64,000 bases of DNA from a virus. The notes below the pieces were generated by a model. The model was not told the DNA's origin. It searched no databases and worked only from the letters and a program-made list of their open reading frames with translations. The translations under genes were made by a program, and so were the position numbers. Where the stretch lies: positions 4,047-68,046 of the IMG/VR virus record IMGVR_UViG_3300034019_001677. One strand, written 5' to 3'. Below, piece after piece: positions 30,184 to 40,300 of the stretch. Within the stretch, counting starts at the first letter, position 1; each line of letters starts with the position of its first letter.

Positions 30184-30911
30184 AACTGCACTTCCACCGG
30201 CAGCCACTGCAGCGCCGATTCCAAGGCCTCGGTCTCGGGATCGTCCGGCGCATAGGTGCCATCCACCGCCCTCGGCTGATCCCATCGCCACCGCGACCCA
30301 TCAGGGCCGGTCCACTCATCGCCTCGCGCCGGATTCGGCGGCCAGTTCCACTGCTGCTGTGCCCCGGCCAGGCCCACCACGAACTCAGCGGGAAGGTCGT
30401 ACTGAGTGGCGAGCATCTGCAGCCCTGCGACCAGCTCAGGCGCGATCAGGCCAATGTCCTGGCAGGTCTGCCAGGCGCCCAGGAACACCCTGCTGTCACC
30501 ATCGGCAGCCTTCCCGAGACCCACGCCCAGGGCCAGTGCAAGGCGCGGCGAGACGGTCTGCGCAGCGGCCAGGAGCTGATCCACTCCCACCGGCAGGGCG
30601 TCAGAGAATTCGATCCAGCGGGGCGGGTGCGTCTGGCGGTAGTGCGCCTCTCGCTCAGCTTGGGTCAGCTCCACCAGCTCCCACTGCTGCAGCCACTGGC
30701 CATCGGCTTCGACTGGCTGAGCCTCCACCACGCGATGGGTGGCGGGGTTGGGCTGAGGCTGAGGCTGCGGCGCCACGCGGAACACGCCGTAGTGCGCCAG
30801 CTCAGCATCACTCGGCGCCGCCGAGAACGATCGGGCGGGCTCATCGGTGCGGAGCTGGCCCAGCGAATACGGCCAGCGGAGCGGGTTGAGGCGGATCAGG
30901 GTGCTCATCAT
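30180..30911 (-). CDS. Fibre-associated protein (chaperone-like)
   Basis: 'WPYS..QLR.D.P..SF...L..YGVF.V...W.Q.W' pattern seen next to fibre genes. Confidence 0.6.
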   Translation of the reverse strand: MMSTLIRLNPLRWPYSLGQLRTDEPARSFSAAPSDAELAHYGVFRVAPQPQPQPNPATHRVVEAQPVEADGQWLQQWELVELTQAEREAHYRQTHPPRWIEFSDALPVGVDQLLAAAQTVSPRLALALGVGLGKAADGDSRVFLGAWQTCQDIGLIAPELVAGLQMLATQYDLPAEFVVGLAGAQQQWNWPPNPARGDEWTGPDGSRWRWDQPRAVDGTYAPDDPETEALESALQWLPVEVQL

Positions 30912-32170
30912 CAGCTCTGCACGGCGTAGGCCGCCACCACGTCAGCGTTGGTGGTTCCAAATGCGGTGATGCTGAGCACGCCCACCTTCGACGCGGCGAT
31001 GTTCGCGGGCTTGGTGCCCAGGAACTTCCAATCAGTCGGGAACGTGAGCGTGCGCTGGTTGGCATCGGCCACCAGCCGAATCACCAGCGTCCGCCCATTG
31101 GCCAGGTTGCTGGTGGTCAGCTCCAGATTCCCGGTGAGGCTGATCGTCCGGTACTGGGCATCGAGGCTGGCGAAGTCCAACGCCACCGTCGCGCCGTAGG
31201 TGATCGTCGAAAACGACCTGGCCGGCGCCAAGCCAGCCGAAGACGGGGAGACTACTCCGGGCAACCCCAACAGGCTGTTGTAAGCGATCTGCGATCCATC
31301 GCCGCCGTCGTGGTTGTGGCTGTTGCCGTTCGTGACGCCCTGGTTGGCGGGTGCCGCGCCGACATCACCGAACCCGAGGACGACGTCACCGGTCTGGCTG
31401 TTGACGCTGGAGACGGGGGCGATCGGATACCCGAGGCGCTGCCAGTGCGCCAGTGACGATCCGCCATCAACGACCAGGACCCAGGTGCCGCCGTTGGCGC
31501 CGGCATCGGTGCGGATACACCAGTCACCGCGCTGCCCTGAGAAGGTCAGCATCGCCGCTTGGTTGGCGGCCGTGCCCAGAAACTCAGTGATTGCCAACGA
31601 CGGCAGCTGAGACGTTGGGATGACGCCCCCAATCAGGTCCGCCTTCAGGGAGAGGTTGGGGGCTCCGGCGAGGCTGGTGTACGGGAGCTGGCCCGTAACC
31701 TCGCTGGAGAGATCTACCGCCGTTCCGGCGCTCCAGGTGTCGGCCGCTGTCCGGCGCACGATGCCGGTGCCGCTTAACCCCTCAACCGCTGCCAGATCGT
31801 TGGCCAGCGCCAGGGTGATCGAGCCGGAAGAGGTGATAGGCCCACCGCTAACCGTGATCCCCGCTGCCGGCTGGCTGATGTTGACGCTGGTGACCGTGCC
31901 AGTCCCGGTAGCGGTAACAGTCAGATTCGTGCCGGTGATGCTCAGCCCATCCGCCAGGTTGAGGTACGTGAGCTTGCCGGCGCTGGCATCCCAGAACAGG
32001 AGCACGTCTCCAGCAGGGCCCTCGGCATTCAGCTGCTGGCCCGCCAGGCTCAGCACGTCATCGACGCTGGCCCCCAGCGTCACATCTGTTCCGCTTCCTG
32101 GATCGGGGTTCCCGATGGTCGCCTGCAGAACGGTTTCCTGTAGCTGGACGACAGCCGAGATGTCAGTCAC
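30911..32170 (-). CDS. Tail-fibre-like structural protein
   Basis: Gly/Thr/Ser-rich; 'GTVTSV', 'VSSVNSQTGDVVL' fibre repeats. Confidence 0.75.
   Translation of the reverse strand: MTDISAVVQLQETVLQATIGNPDPGSGTDVTLGASVDDVLSLAGQQLNAEGPAGDVLLFWDASAGKLTYLNLADGLSITGTNLTVTATGTGTVTSVNISQPAAGITVSGGPITSSGSITLALANDLAAVEGLSGTGIVRRTAADTWSAGTAVDLSSEVTGQLPYTSLAGAPNLSLKADLIGGVIPTSQLPSLAITEFLGTAANQAAMLTFSGQRGDWCIRTDAGANGGTWVLVVDGGSSLAHWQRLGYPIAPVSSVNSQTGDVVLGFGDVGAAPANQGVTNGNSHNHDGGDGSQIAYNSLLGLPGVVSPSSAGLAPARSFSTITYGATVALDFASLDAQYRTISLTGNLELTTSNLANGRTLVIRLVADANQRTLTFPTDWKFLGTKPANIAASKVGVLSITAFGTTNADVVAAYAVQS
31221..31328. repeat. 108-bp direct repeat, copy 2 (inside the fibre gene)
   Basis: Matches 28924-29031. 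Confidence 0.9.
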
Positions 32171-32520
32171 GACGCACTCCCGATTCGGGTGATCTCTTGC
32201 GTGCCAGCGAAGAGCGGAACGATCAGTCCGGTGGATAGAATGACAATGATCTCCCAGTAGTAGAGACCGACCGTCAACGGGAGGACCTGCGGCAGCACCC
32301 GAAAAACACCGCCGGTGGCGTTGGTGATCTGGATGCCGGTGTTGACCCCCATCGCCAGTCGCTCGGCTCTCTCTCCCACTCGCCGGTAAACCATTTGCAG
32401 CTGCGCACCGGTGAGGTTTAGAGGCGTGCCGGCCGGCATCTCCAGGGTGACCGAATTGATTCCCTCCCAGGTCGTGCCTTCATAGACGGCATCGAGCTGC
32501 AGGGTTTGCGGCTGTGTCAC
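32167..32520 (-). CDS. BppU-N-like fibre attachment/baseplate protein
   Basis: GTG start; 'G.T......PLNLTGA...GIQITNATGG.F...G.Y.WEI'. Confidence 0.6.
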   Translation of the reverse strand: MTQPQTLQLDAVYEGTTWEGINSVTLEMPAGTPLNLTGAQLQMVYRRVGERAERLAMGVNTGIQITNATGGVFRVLPQVLPLTVGLYYWEIIVILSTGLIVPLFAGTQEITRIGSAS

Positions 32521-32557
32521 GACTGATGAACGGATGCCGTCAAGGTAGGCATGGCGC

Positions 32558-32911
32558 TCAGCCAGCCTCAGCCGACTCCTTTTCGCTTTCCGCGATGTCA
32601 GCAGCAGGCGCAACTGCACCATCAGCTGGTGCGGCTTCAGGCGGCGGTGCAGCGGCCAGCTCGTTTGGTGCGGCTTCAGGCGGCGGTGCAGCGGCCAGCT
32701 CGTTGGCCTCGGCGGCAACTTCATCGAAGGCTTGAACAACGGTCGCCAGGTGATCGCCACTTGCCAGGGCATCCGGAGCTTGCAACGCTTCCAGCGCCGT
32801 GGTCATCGCCCAGATCGCTTCCAACGGGCCCACACGCTGCAGGAAGGCCAACAGATGCTGGGCGGCATATTCACGGTCTGCGGTGGTCATTCCGTTGCTG
32901 CGGATCGGCAC
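32558..32911 (-). CDS. Hypothetical protein with a 13-aa tandem repeat
   Basis: NELAAAPPPEAAP x2 (39-bp repeat). Confidence 0.5.
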   Translation of the reverse strand: MPIRSNGMTTADREYAAQHLLAFLQRVGPLEAIWAMTTALEALQAPDALASGDHLATVVQAFDEVAAEANELAAAPPPEAAPNELAAAPPPEAAPADGAVAPAADIAESEKESAEAG

Positions 32912-32974
32912 CTACACCGTAGGCGCTTTGTTGTCACTCCGATCTGATGCCAGACCGTAACAGCGCCAGATCGC

Positions 32975-33268
32975 TCAAGGATTGAGCGGGGCAACCAAGG
33001 AAACCGATTGATTGCGATAGATCGTGTCGCGAAGGATGGTGAAGGCAACCAGCCCCATCACCATGCCAGCGGCGACAGCAAACAAAGCCAGCACAGCCAC
33101 CTCATCGGAGCTGTAATGGCGCCTGGTGGCGGCGCGATTTGGGCGCTCGTGCTGAGCTGGCAAGCGGCGTGTCCTGGCTCGTTGACCGCCGCTGAGCGGC
33201 TGCACGGCGGTGGCGGGGCGGATCTGGGGCAGCGCCGGAGCGCGCCGCCGGGAAAAGGATTCAGCCAT
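32975..33268 (-). CDS. Small membrane protein
   Basis: One C-terminal hydrophobic helix (VAVLALFAVAAGMVMGLVAFTIL). Confidence 0.55.
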   Translation of the reverse strand: MAESFSRRRAPALPQIRPATAVQPLSGGQRARTRRLPAQHERPNRAATRRHYSSDEVAVLALFAVAAGMVMGLVAFTILRDTIYRNQSVSLVAPLNP

Positions 33269-33300
33269 TACTACCTAGGGTTGTTGCTGTCTGGGTGCAA

Positions 33301-33316
33301 TAGTACACAGGTCCGA
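33301..33316. promoter_or_regulatory. Cyanobacterial LexA-box-like site
   Basis: TAGTACACAGGTCCGA versus TAGTAC-N4-GTACTA, in a divergent intergenic region. Confidence 0.45.
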
Positions 33317-33368
33317 GAGGTTCGCTACGATTTCGGACATTGCCAGTCTGGTCCGTACCCATCGAGCC

Positions 33369-33665
33369 ATGAGATTTCTTCATGTTTTGGCTGCCGCAGC
33401 TCTCGGCACCGGCGCTTGCCAGCCGCAGCCGGCCCAGGCCTACAGCCTGACCACGGCGGCCTGGGCCTCAGCAGGTTCGATCTGCCAAGTCATGGCCGCT
33501 GGCTTTTCGATGCCTGAGGCCGTTCGCATCGGCCTCACCGACAGCCTGATGCTGTGGTCGGCTGAGATGCAGCATCCGGCCTTTTCTCGGCTCATGGCCG
33601 CGGAGGTGGTGCGGCGATGCCCAGATCTGCTGCGCTCGGCTCCAGGGGGAGGGACGCAGCTGTGA
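33369..33665 (+). CDS. Small secreted/lipoprotein-like protein
   Basis: Signal peptide MRFLHVLAAAALGTGAC; Cys pair in the mature part. Confidence 0.65.
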   Translation: MRFLHVLAAAALGTGACQPQPAQAYSLTTAAWASAGSICQVMAAGFSMPEAVRIGLTDSLMLWSAEMQHPAFSRLMAAEVVRRCPDLLRSAPGGGTQL

Positions 33666-33907
33666 GCCAGGGGAAGGCCTCAACCGCTGCACGACCTCAG
33701 AATCTGCTGCTGACAGTGGCCGATGCCGCGGAAGCGTTGAGTGTGAGCGAGAAGTACATCAGGCGCCTGACTCTGCGCGATGCACTGCAACAGCGCCTGA
33801 TCAGCTACGCGGCTGAGGTGCGATCGGGTCACCACCAGGCCCCACCGTCACCGACCGCAGCACCGCCGCAAACAGCACCCGTTGCTGTTCAGGTGTCGCG
33901 CCATTGA
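33662..33907 (+). CDS. Excisionase-like HTH (possibly truncated)
   Basis: 'LLTVADAAEALSVSEKYIRRL' is HTH_17/Xis-like; converges on and overlaps the integrase 3' end. Confidence 0.55.
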   Translation: MSQGKASTAARPQNLLLTVADAAEALSVSEKYIRRLTLRDALQQRLISYAAEVRSGHHQAPPSPTAAPPQTAPVAVQVSRH

Positions 33908-35117
33908 AGAACCACGGATCCTGCAGCGCTGAATAGGCAGCAGGATCAATGGCCGGTTGCTCCACGCGCTGCTCCGTCTCGATTCGCTGCCGCTGCTCCG
34001 CCACTGCTGCCGCCATCGCCCGGTTGTCCGGGTTACGGGCCGCCATCCGCTCCATCAGCTCCAGCTCGCCGCGCATCGCTGCCAGTGCTGGATCTTCTGC
34101 TGCTGGTTCGCTCAGCACGGCCGCTAGTCGCCGCGCCTCAGCCACGCACGCCTCGACAACTACCGGAAGGATTCGATCCTCCCTGGCTCCGCCACGGGCA
34201 TCGCAGAGCCGGTGCCGGCACCGCCACCACGCCACGCCGTTCGATGTGTTTCGTCGCAGCAGGTGGCCGCAGGATGCGCACCGCAGCAGCCCCGTCAGCC
34301 CGTGCCGGGTCTCGGTGGTGCCCGCTGCCTTGAACCGGTTGGTGGGTCGCTGCAGCAGTGCGGCCAGCTCCCGCCAGTCCTGTTCGCTGATTAGTGCCGG
34401 GTGCTGGTCGTAGTGGATCTCACCCCACTGCCGCCGCCAGCCCTTGCCGCTGCCCCTGTCGAGCTGGTGGCCGATGTGCCCGCGGATCACGGGATTCACG
34501 AACCACGCCTGCAGGTTGGTGGCGGCCGGCGTCCACGCGCACCACTGCGGCATGGAGCGGGCCACCGCCGCAAAGCTCGCCAGCCGCCGCAGCTCACGCA
34601 ACACGCGCAACGCCTCCCCCCAGTGCTCAGGGTGCGGCTCCAGCCGATGGCCTGGCCCGTTCTGGTAGCCGAAGGGCTTGCGCCGCCTGAGGTGCCGTCC
34701 CTCGGCGCGGTAGACGGTGAACTGGCGACGTAGGCGCATCGAGAGCATGCGCGATTCCATCTCCGCCAGGCCCGTCTGCAGCCTGGCCATCAGGAACCCC
34801 TGAGGAGTCGCCGTCTCGATCGCGCCACCGTCCAGGGCCCGAACCGTGACGCCCCGCGCCTCGCACTGGGCCAGCAGGGCGTCGGTGTAGGCCGCATCAC
34901 GCCCCAGTCGGTCCACGCGGGTCACCAGCAGCTCCGAGACCTCGCCGGCCTGCACCATCGCCATCAGCTCCAGCAGTCCGTCCCGATCCGAGCTGCGGCC
35001 TGTTTCTATGTCGGTGATCACACGGCTGCAGCCGGCGGCATTGAGGCGGCTGACCTGGGCGGGGAGGGCGTCGGCCTGATCGTCCTTGCTGACGCGGGCG
35101 TAGCCGATGGCAGCCAT
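33801..35117 (-). CDS. Large serine recombinase (integrase; XisF-like)
   Basis: 'GYARVS' catalytic Ser, 'VTRVDRLGR', 'PFGY' recombinase domain, Zn ribbon 'LTGLLRCASCG...WWRC...C'. Confidence 0.95.
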   Translation of the reverse strand: MAAIGYARVSKDDQADALPAQVSRLNAAGCSRVITDIETGRSSDRDGLLELMAMVQAGEVSELLVTRVDRLGRDAAYTDALLAQCEARGVTVRALDGGAIETATPQGFLMARLQTGLAEMESRMLSMRLRRQFTVYRAEGRHLRRRKPFGYQNGPGHRLEPHPEHWGEALRVLRELRRLASFAAVARSMPQWCAWTPAATNLQAWFVNPVIRGHIGHQLDRGSGKGWRRQWGEIHYDQHPALISEQDWRELAALLQRPTNRFKAAGTTETRHGLTGLLRCASCGHLLRRNTSNGVAWWRCRHRLCDARGGAREDRILPVVVEACVAEARRLAAVLSEPAAEDPALAAMRGELELMERMAARNPDNRAMAAAVAEQRQRIETEQRVEQPAIDPAAYSALQDPWFFNGATPEQQRVLFAAVLRSVTVGPGGDPIAPQPRS

Positions 35118-35280
35118 AGGATCAGCCCAGAACGGCCGCTCACACTACCCTGCGCTATGGACACTTTTTCCTTAGATAGCGGCAGCAGAGCGCTCGATTC
35201 GTGGTAGGGTCTGCCTATCGGAAGCGCCGGGCAAGGCCCGCCACCGATCACCCCATCGCCCGGCACTGGCCGGAGGAACC

Positions 35281-35655
35281 ATGGCAACCAATCTCACCAC
35301 TATTGCCGGCACCGCAGGCCGCATCTCCGGCACCACCGCCCGGGGCCTGCTCTGGCTCAACGAACAGATCGACTGGGCCGAGGTAGCCCAGATCGTGCTA
35401 CGCGGACTGCAGGTTTTGATCGTGCTCACCCTGCTGGCAGGTCATTACTGCCGCCGAGCCTGGGATCACCTGCCTGCGCTCAGTGAGCAGCTGGGCCGCT
35501 GGTATGCCGGCCTGATGGCGCCCGCTGCTGTTGAGCTTGCCTCCGCGCCAGTGACGCAGATGCAGCTCCTGCTGGCGCCGATCACGGCCACAATGGCCGC
35601 GGCCCGAGAGGCACTGGAGCGGCTTGTGCGGCGCCTCTATCCCGTGCTGGCCTGA
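35281..35655 (+). CDS. Hypothetical membrane-associated protein
   Basis: GGAGG ribosome-binding site; hydrophobic segment. Confidence 0.6.
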   Translation: MATNLTTIAGTAGRISGTTARGLLWLNEQIDWAEVAQIVLRGLQVLIVLTLLAGHYCRRAWDHLPALSEQLGRWYAGLMAPAAVELASAPVTQMQLLLAPITATMAAAREALERLVRRLYPVLA

Positions 35656-37041
35656 TCACACCTCCAGCTCCGCCACCTCAGTGACCATGGCCTCGTAGGC
35701 CTCGCGAGCGGCGGCATTGATCCATCCCCTGGAGGGGGTCCACACCGGATCCCCTGATGGCCAGGGCCTGGCGCCGCCGTTTGCCGGGTTGTTGGCCTGG
35801 TTCGGCCGGGGTGTGGTGGCCGGCAGGGCGGTGCGCTCCATCAGCGGGAAGTCGCCCGGGCCGCGGGGCTCACCGGTGCCGCCGATCGGCCGCCAGGGCC
35901 TGCTGCTGGCCTGGTCGTACTTCTGCCGCGTCGCCGCGGCCAGGGCCTGCTGCTGCGCCTCCCATCGCTCGCCGCGGCCGCTGGCCAGCTCGTTCTGGAT
36001 CACCAGGGCCTCGAGGGTGATCGGGGACAGGGCGCAACGGCAGTTCGGGTGCGCGGGGGTCTTCACGCTGCCGGCGTAGTAGAGGCATCCCATGCGGGGC
36101 GCACACCACTCACAGACCCGATCGTCGGCCGTGGCGACCCACCGCACAAAGCCGGCCCCAACACGGCGGAAAGTGCGCTCGCGGGCCTCGCCGGCGGCGA
36201 TGTGGGTTTCGGTGCGTGCCACGGTCTCGGCCCGGTTGCGGAAGGCGTCGTTGATGTGGGGCAGGCGGGCCTTGAGGGTGCGGGCCAGCGTGCGGCTGTC
36301 CACGCCGGTGGCCAACTGGGTGGCGGTCTCGAACTGCACCGTGTCGCCCCAGTCACGCCACCAGCGGAAGAAGTAGTCCTTGGAGGCGCGCACCCGCTCA
36401 TCGGTGGCAGTGTTGCGCTGGCGCCGGTAGTTGGCGCTGAGGCTCTGGAAGTCGCGCTCGGCCGCGGCGATGGTGGCGCCCATGTTGAGCAGCCTGGTGA
36501 AACTCTGGCCCTCCTGGTAGGGGCTGCCCGGGGCGGGCGCATCGGTGGGGGCCGGAGGGGCGGCGGGCGGCAGCTGGGGGTCCTGCAGGGCCGGGTGCCG
36601 GCCGGAGAGCACGGCGGCCGGGGGGAGCATGTCGCGCGAGAGCTCGAGGGCGTACTCGGTCCCCAGGTCCTGGGCCTTGTTGTAGAGCTCCGTGAGCTCA
36701 CGGTTGAGGGCTGTGTTGGCGGCCCGGGCGGCCGGGAAGCGGTTGATGATCGCCTGCAGGTCCTGGGCGAGCTGGCCCTGTAGGTAGAGGCTGGCCTGGT
36801 TTTTCTGCAGGGGGGTGATGGGCACCGGGCCGCCGGGGGTGCTGCCGAGGAATGCGCCGGGGGTGGTGGCCGGGTCGTACTCGGGCTGCTCCGCGATCCG
36901 CTCCAGGCGATCGGTGATGCTTCGGATGGTGCGGCGCAGGGCCTCATCGAAGATCCCGCGCAGCTTGCGAAGCTGCCGATCCTCCAGGCCCCGCAACTGC
37001 TGGTCGAGCTCCTCGAGCAGCTCCAGGGACCGGTCAGCCAT
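35656..37041 (-). CDS. MuF / SPP1 gp7-family head morphogenesis protein
   Basis: 'RAETVARTE...W.AT.DDRVCEWC...PAHPNCRC'. Confidence 0.92.
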   Translation of the reverse strand: MADRSLELLEELDQQLRGLEDRQLRKLRGIFDEALRRTIRSITDRLERIAEQPEYDPATTPGAFLGSTPGGPVPITPLQKNQASLYLQGQLAQDLQAIINRFPAARAANTALNRELTELYNKAQDLGTEYALELSRDMLPPAAVLSGRHPALQDPQLPPAAPPAPTDAPAPGSPYQEGQSFTRLLNMGATIAAAERDFQSLSANYRRQRNTATDERVRASKDYFFRWWRDWGDTVQFETATQLATGVDSRTLARTLKARLPHINDAFRNRAETVARTETHIAAGEARERTFRRVGAGFVRWVATADDRVCEWCAPRMGCLYYAGSVKTPAHPNCRCALSPITLEALVIQNELASGRGERWEAQQQALAAATRQKYDQASSRPWRPIGGTGEPRGPGDFPLMERTALPATTPRPNQANNPANGGARPWPSGDPVWTPSRGWINAAAREAYEAMVTEVAELEV

Positions 37042-37045
37042 GGGC

Positions 37046-37288
37046 TCAGATCCTCAGCCGGGCTTCTTGCACAGCCGCCGGAATGCCGCTCAGGAATGCC
37101 CCCAGCCAGCGCTGATCAGCCTCTGTCTGCGCCAGGGGGTAAAAGGCCTCAGCCATGGCTGCCACCGCTTCACGATCACGCCCGGTGGTTTTGGCCTTCA
37201 GGGCTGCCCACCTGACCACACCAGCACGATCGAGCTTCCGGCCCATGCCGCGGATGATCTCCTGGGCCTCGTCAATGGCTGCAGTCAT
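37046..37288 (-). CDS. Small hypothetical protein downstream of the peptidase module
   Basis: 80 aa; ATG within a TGATG overlap. Confidence 0.55.
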   Translation of the reverse strand: MTAAIDEAQEIIRGMGRKLDRAGVVRWAALKAKTTGRDREAVAAMAEAFYPLAQTEADQRWLGAFLSGIPAAVQEARLRI

Positions 37289-37362
37289 CAGTACCTCTCA
37301 TTGAACGCCAGTTTGCCATGCTTCACCATTGTTTGCCTTGCCTGAGTCACACTTGATTCCAC

Positions 37363-40300
37363 TCAATCATGCAGTGCTGGGTGATACTGCTTCAGAGCGC
37401 GAGGGGCAAAAACCCACGCAGTGAAAGACTCGGCGAACAGCTCCTCTCGGTTTGTCAGTGAATACTTAGACGGCCCACGACCCTGATTCAAGGACTGGGT
37501 AACAGCTGCCGGTGTTGAACGTTGCCGTTCAGAATGCAGGCTGTGCATCAGGACAGTTTCACCTTTGCCGCTCGAAGTGTTTGCCGGCAGATCAGTGCGC
37601 AGCCGCACGCCGGCAAAACTGTCGACAGCGTGCCCTAATTCGTGTACGTGAACAGAAATAGCCTTTTCTGCACCTGTCAAATTAAAGCCGTATCCGATTG
37701 GCATACTTTTAACATTCCACGTCTCTGGATCCGAATCACTTAGACTGCCTAGTCGCTCTGGCAGGTGCTTTGCTATGTGGCTGCTGTAAGACCGCCTAAG
37801 TTTTCTAGGGTCTATTTTGGACGCTTCAGGCTTAAGGTCACCGTCCCATCCAGTAGTCCCAGCTCTTGCCACATAGGCTTTTTGCCCAAACACATAAAAG
37901 CCTCCTGAGTTGAGGTCGGCGAGCCCCTTTGTGTTACTGGTTATCAGTTCTTGAGCCGCCCATTTCAATTCATTTAGGCGACTCTCTTTAAGAGAGTTGT
38001 ACGTTTTTCGTGCATAAGAGACATTTGTGGTGTAGTAAGAAAGCTCCTTTTTCCTGTCTTCTTCAAATCGCCATCCCTGAGCGATGCCTCGGTCGAACTG
38101 GGCCGTTTGATCTGCGAGGTCTGCAAGGTGATCGGCCAGTCGTTGCTTTGCCCTCAGTTCTTCCGGTGCTGGCTTGAGCTTTGACGGGTTCCTGATTATC
38201 TCCGCCTTGCGGACCAAGCCTGCACCGGCGATGGTGTTGTCTTTCCGCATCCATTCCATGCGTTCATCACTGACCAGCCCCATCTCGACAACCATTTTGG
38301 CAAGTTTTTTTCCGTCATTCCATGGGATCTCTTTAGACCCAATTTCCTTGCCGGTGATTCGCTTGATTTCGCCGGAACTTTCTGCTGCCACGTTTACAAG
38401 GATGCCGGCTTCCTCCATAAACGCCAGAGCCTTCCTCGCGTTCACACCAGCCTCTCCTGGCGCATCACGCGCCACCTTCAGGAGCGCTGCCGCCAATTCC
38501 TCGCCCCCGTAGTTCACTGCACCGGTGCGAATTGTGCGCTCCTTGATGCCCTGTGCAATGCGGGCTTCCACCTCAGGGCTGAATGGCAGGTTTGTGGGGA
38601 TCAGTCCATCACGACCTAACTGCCCCCTTTGCTCCAGCAGCTGCAGGGCTTTCTGGCTTCGTTGGGCGGCGATGCCCTGAGCAATCTCCGCAGCCTCTCC
38701 AGTCTTCACCGTGCCGATGCCTCGCTGGTTAGATGGGGCCCCGCCGGCCAGGGCCAGCAGGCGCTTCAGCCGTTCCTTCCCGATTGCGCTGCCCGGACTG
38801 GTGCGGCACTCCTTCCGCAGGCTGATGCACGTCGCCCCGCAGCTGTAGCCCGTGCTGCATTTTCGGCGAAGGGCGTCGATCCGCTGCTGCAGGCTGTTGC
38901 CTCTGAAGAGGCTTTTCAAGGTCGAATCAGCCCGCGGCGACTGCAGGCGCTCTCTCCTGATCCGCACAGCTCGGAAGACGTTGTTCAGGCCCCAGACCCA
39001 TTGATCCTGATCGCCCTGCTCAGGGACGATCCAATCCTCAAAGCGGGGGTCTCGATAGCGCTCATTCCTTCGCTGGCGGGCGGGGCTGGCATCAGTCAGC
39101 AGCCTTGACGCCGACATGAAACGCTGGCCTGCGATGTAGCGCTCAGCATCCACTCCGGTCAGTTGCGTGCGCGCAGTCCAGCGATGTCCATCCGGTCCCC
39201 CATACGCTTCTGGTCCCCCATAGCGGGCAATTTCGTCGTCAATGTCTGCCATCTGATCGTCAAAAAACTTCCTGCGCTCAGGATCTGTCGATCGGTAAGC
39301 CTGCTGCTTGATCTGCTCGGTGGCCCAGTTCAGCTCATCGGTGCTCATCCGCTGGGTGACAGCCGCCTCAAACAGGCTGCCCACCAGCCCTGGCGTCTTG
39401 TCACTGGGTTGGCGCCGTGGGTAGAGGATGTAGCCGTCATCCCCGAAGAACAGCTCGTCATTCTTGGCGGCCATTTTTTTGAGTCCGGTGGGCCGCGGGA
39501 GGCCTTCACCTTTCGGCTTGATCGGTCGTTCAGGGAAGGAAGGCCGCTTGTTGCGGATGACCCGTGGTTCTCTGTCGCCACCTGTGGCCTTCTCCCCTTG
39601 GCCGCCCGCCTCCCCTTCGCCGAGCTTCAGGGGCTTGGCTCCGACAAAGGAGCCCTCGCTCATCCAGGCGCCTCCCGGATACCAGTGGCCATCGGGCCCT
39701 GTTTCGCCGCCAGGCTTGGCCCGCCGCAGCTGCACGATCACCTTGGGCTTCTTCACCCCTGCGGCGGCGGCCGCGGCTTCCTGCCGCTTGCGTTCGGCTT
39801 TCACCAGGGCCTGCTTTTCGCTGTTCTCTGCCCGGATCTTTCCGGCCATCGCCTGGGCTTCGGCTGCATTGGGCACGCCGATTCCCCGGGGCTTGATGTC
39901 ACCTCGAGCCAGTGAGAAGAGGCGCTGCAGCCGCTCTTTTCCCGTCGTGCTGCCGGGGCTGACCCTGCACTCCTTCTGGATGCTGATGCAGGCGCGGCCG
40001 CAGCTGTAGCCGGTGGTGCAGCGGCGCTTCAAGGCATCAATCCGTTCCTGGATGCTGTCGGCACGGTTGGCTCCCTGCTCGGCCTCAGCCGCCACAACGG
40101 CCTCCAGGCGCTTTCTGGCCTTCTGGATTCGCTTATCCACGTCCTCCACCTTGTAGTGCATGTCGCCGTTGAAAGACCCATGGGTCGGCATGCGCGTTTT
40201 CCCGAGTCGTTCCGCAACACGCGCAGCAACCCAGTGGCTGACCATGGTGGAGCGCTCATGCGGCATCAGATGGGCCTCCTCAGGCGTTGAGGCGGCCCGG

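Noticed and set aside
28924-31328. Diversity-generating retroelement TR/VR pair
   Set aside because: The mismatches are not adenine-specific, the repeat is not at the gene's 3' end, and no reverse transcriptase is in the window
28860-35117. Invertase-driven tail-fibre shufflon
   Set aside because: The repeats are direct, all fibre genes share one strand, and the recombinase is a large integrase type, not a Gin/Cin-type invertase
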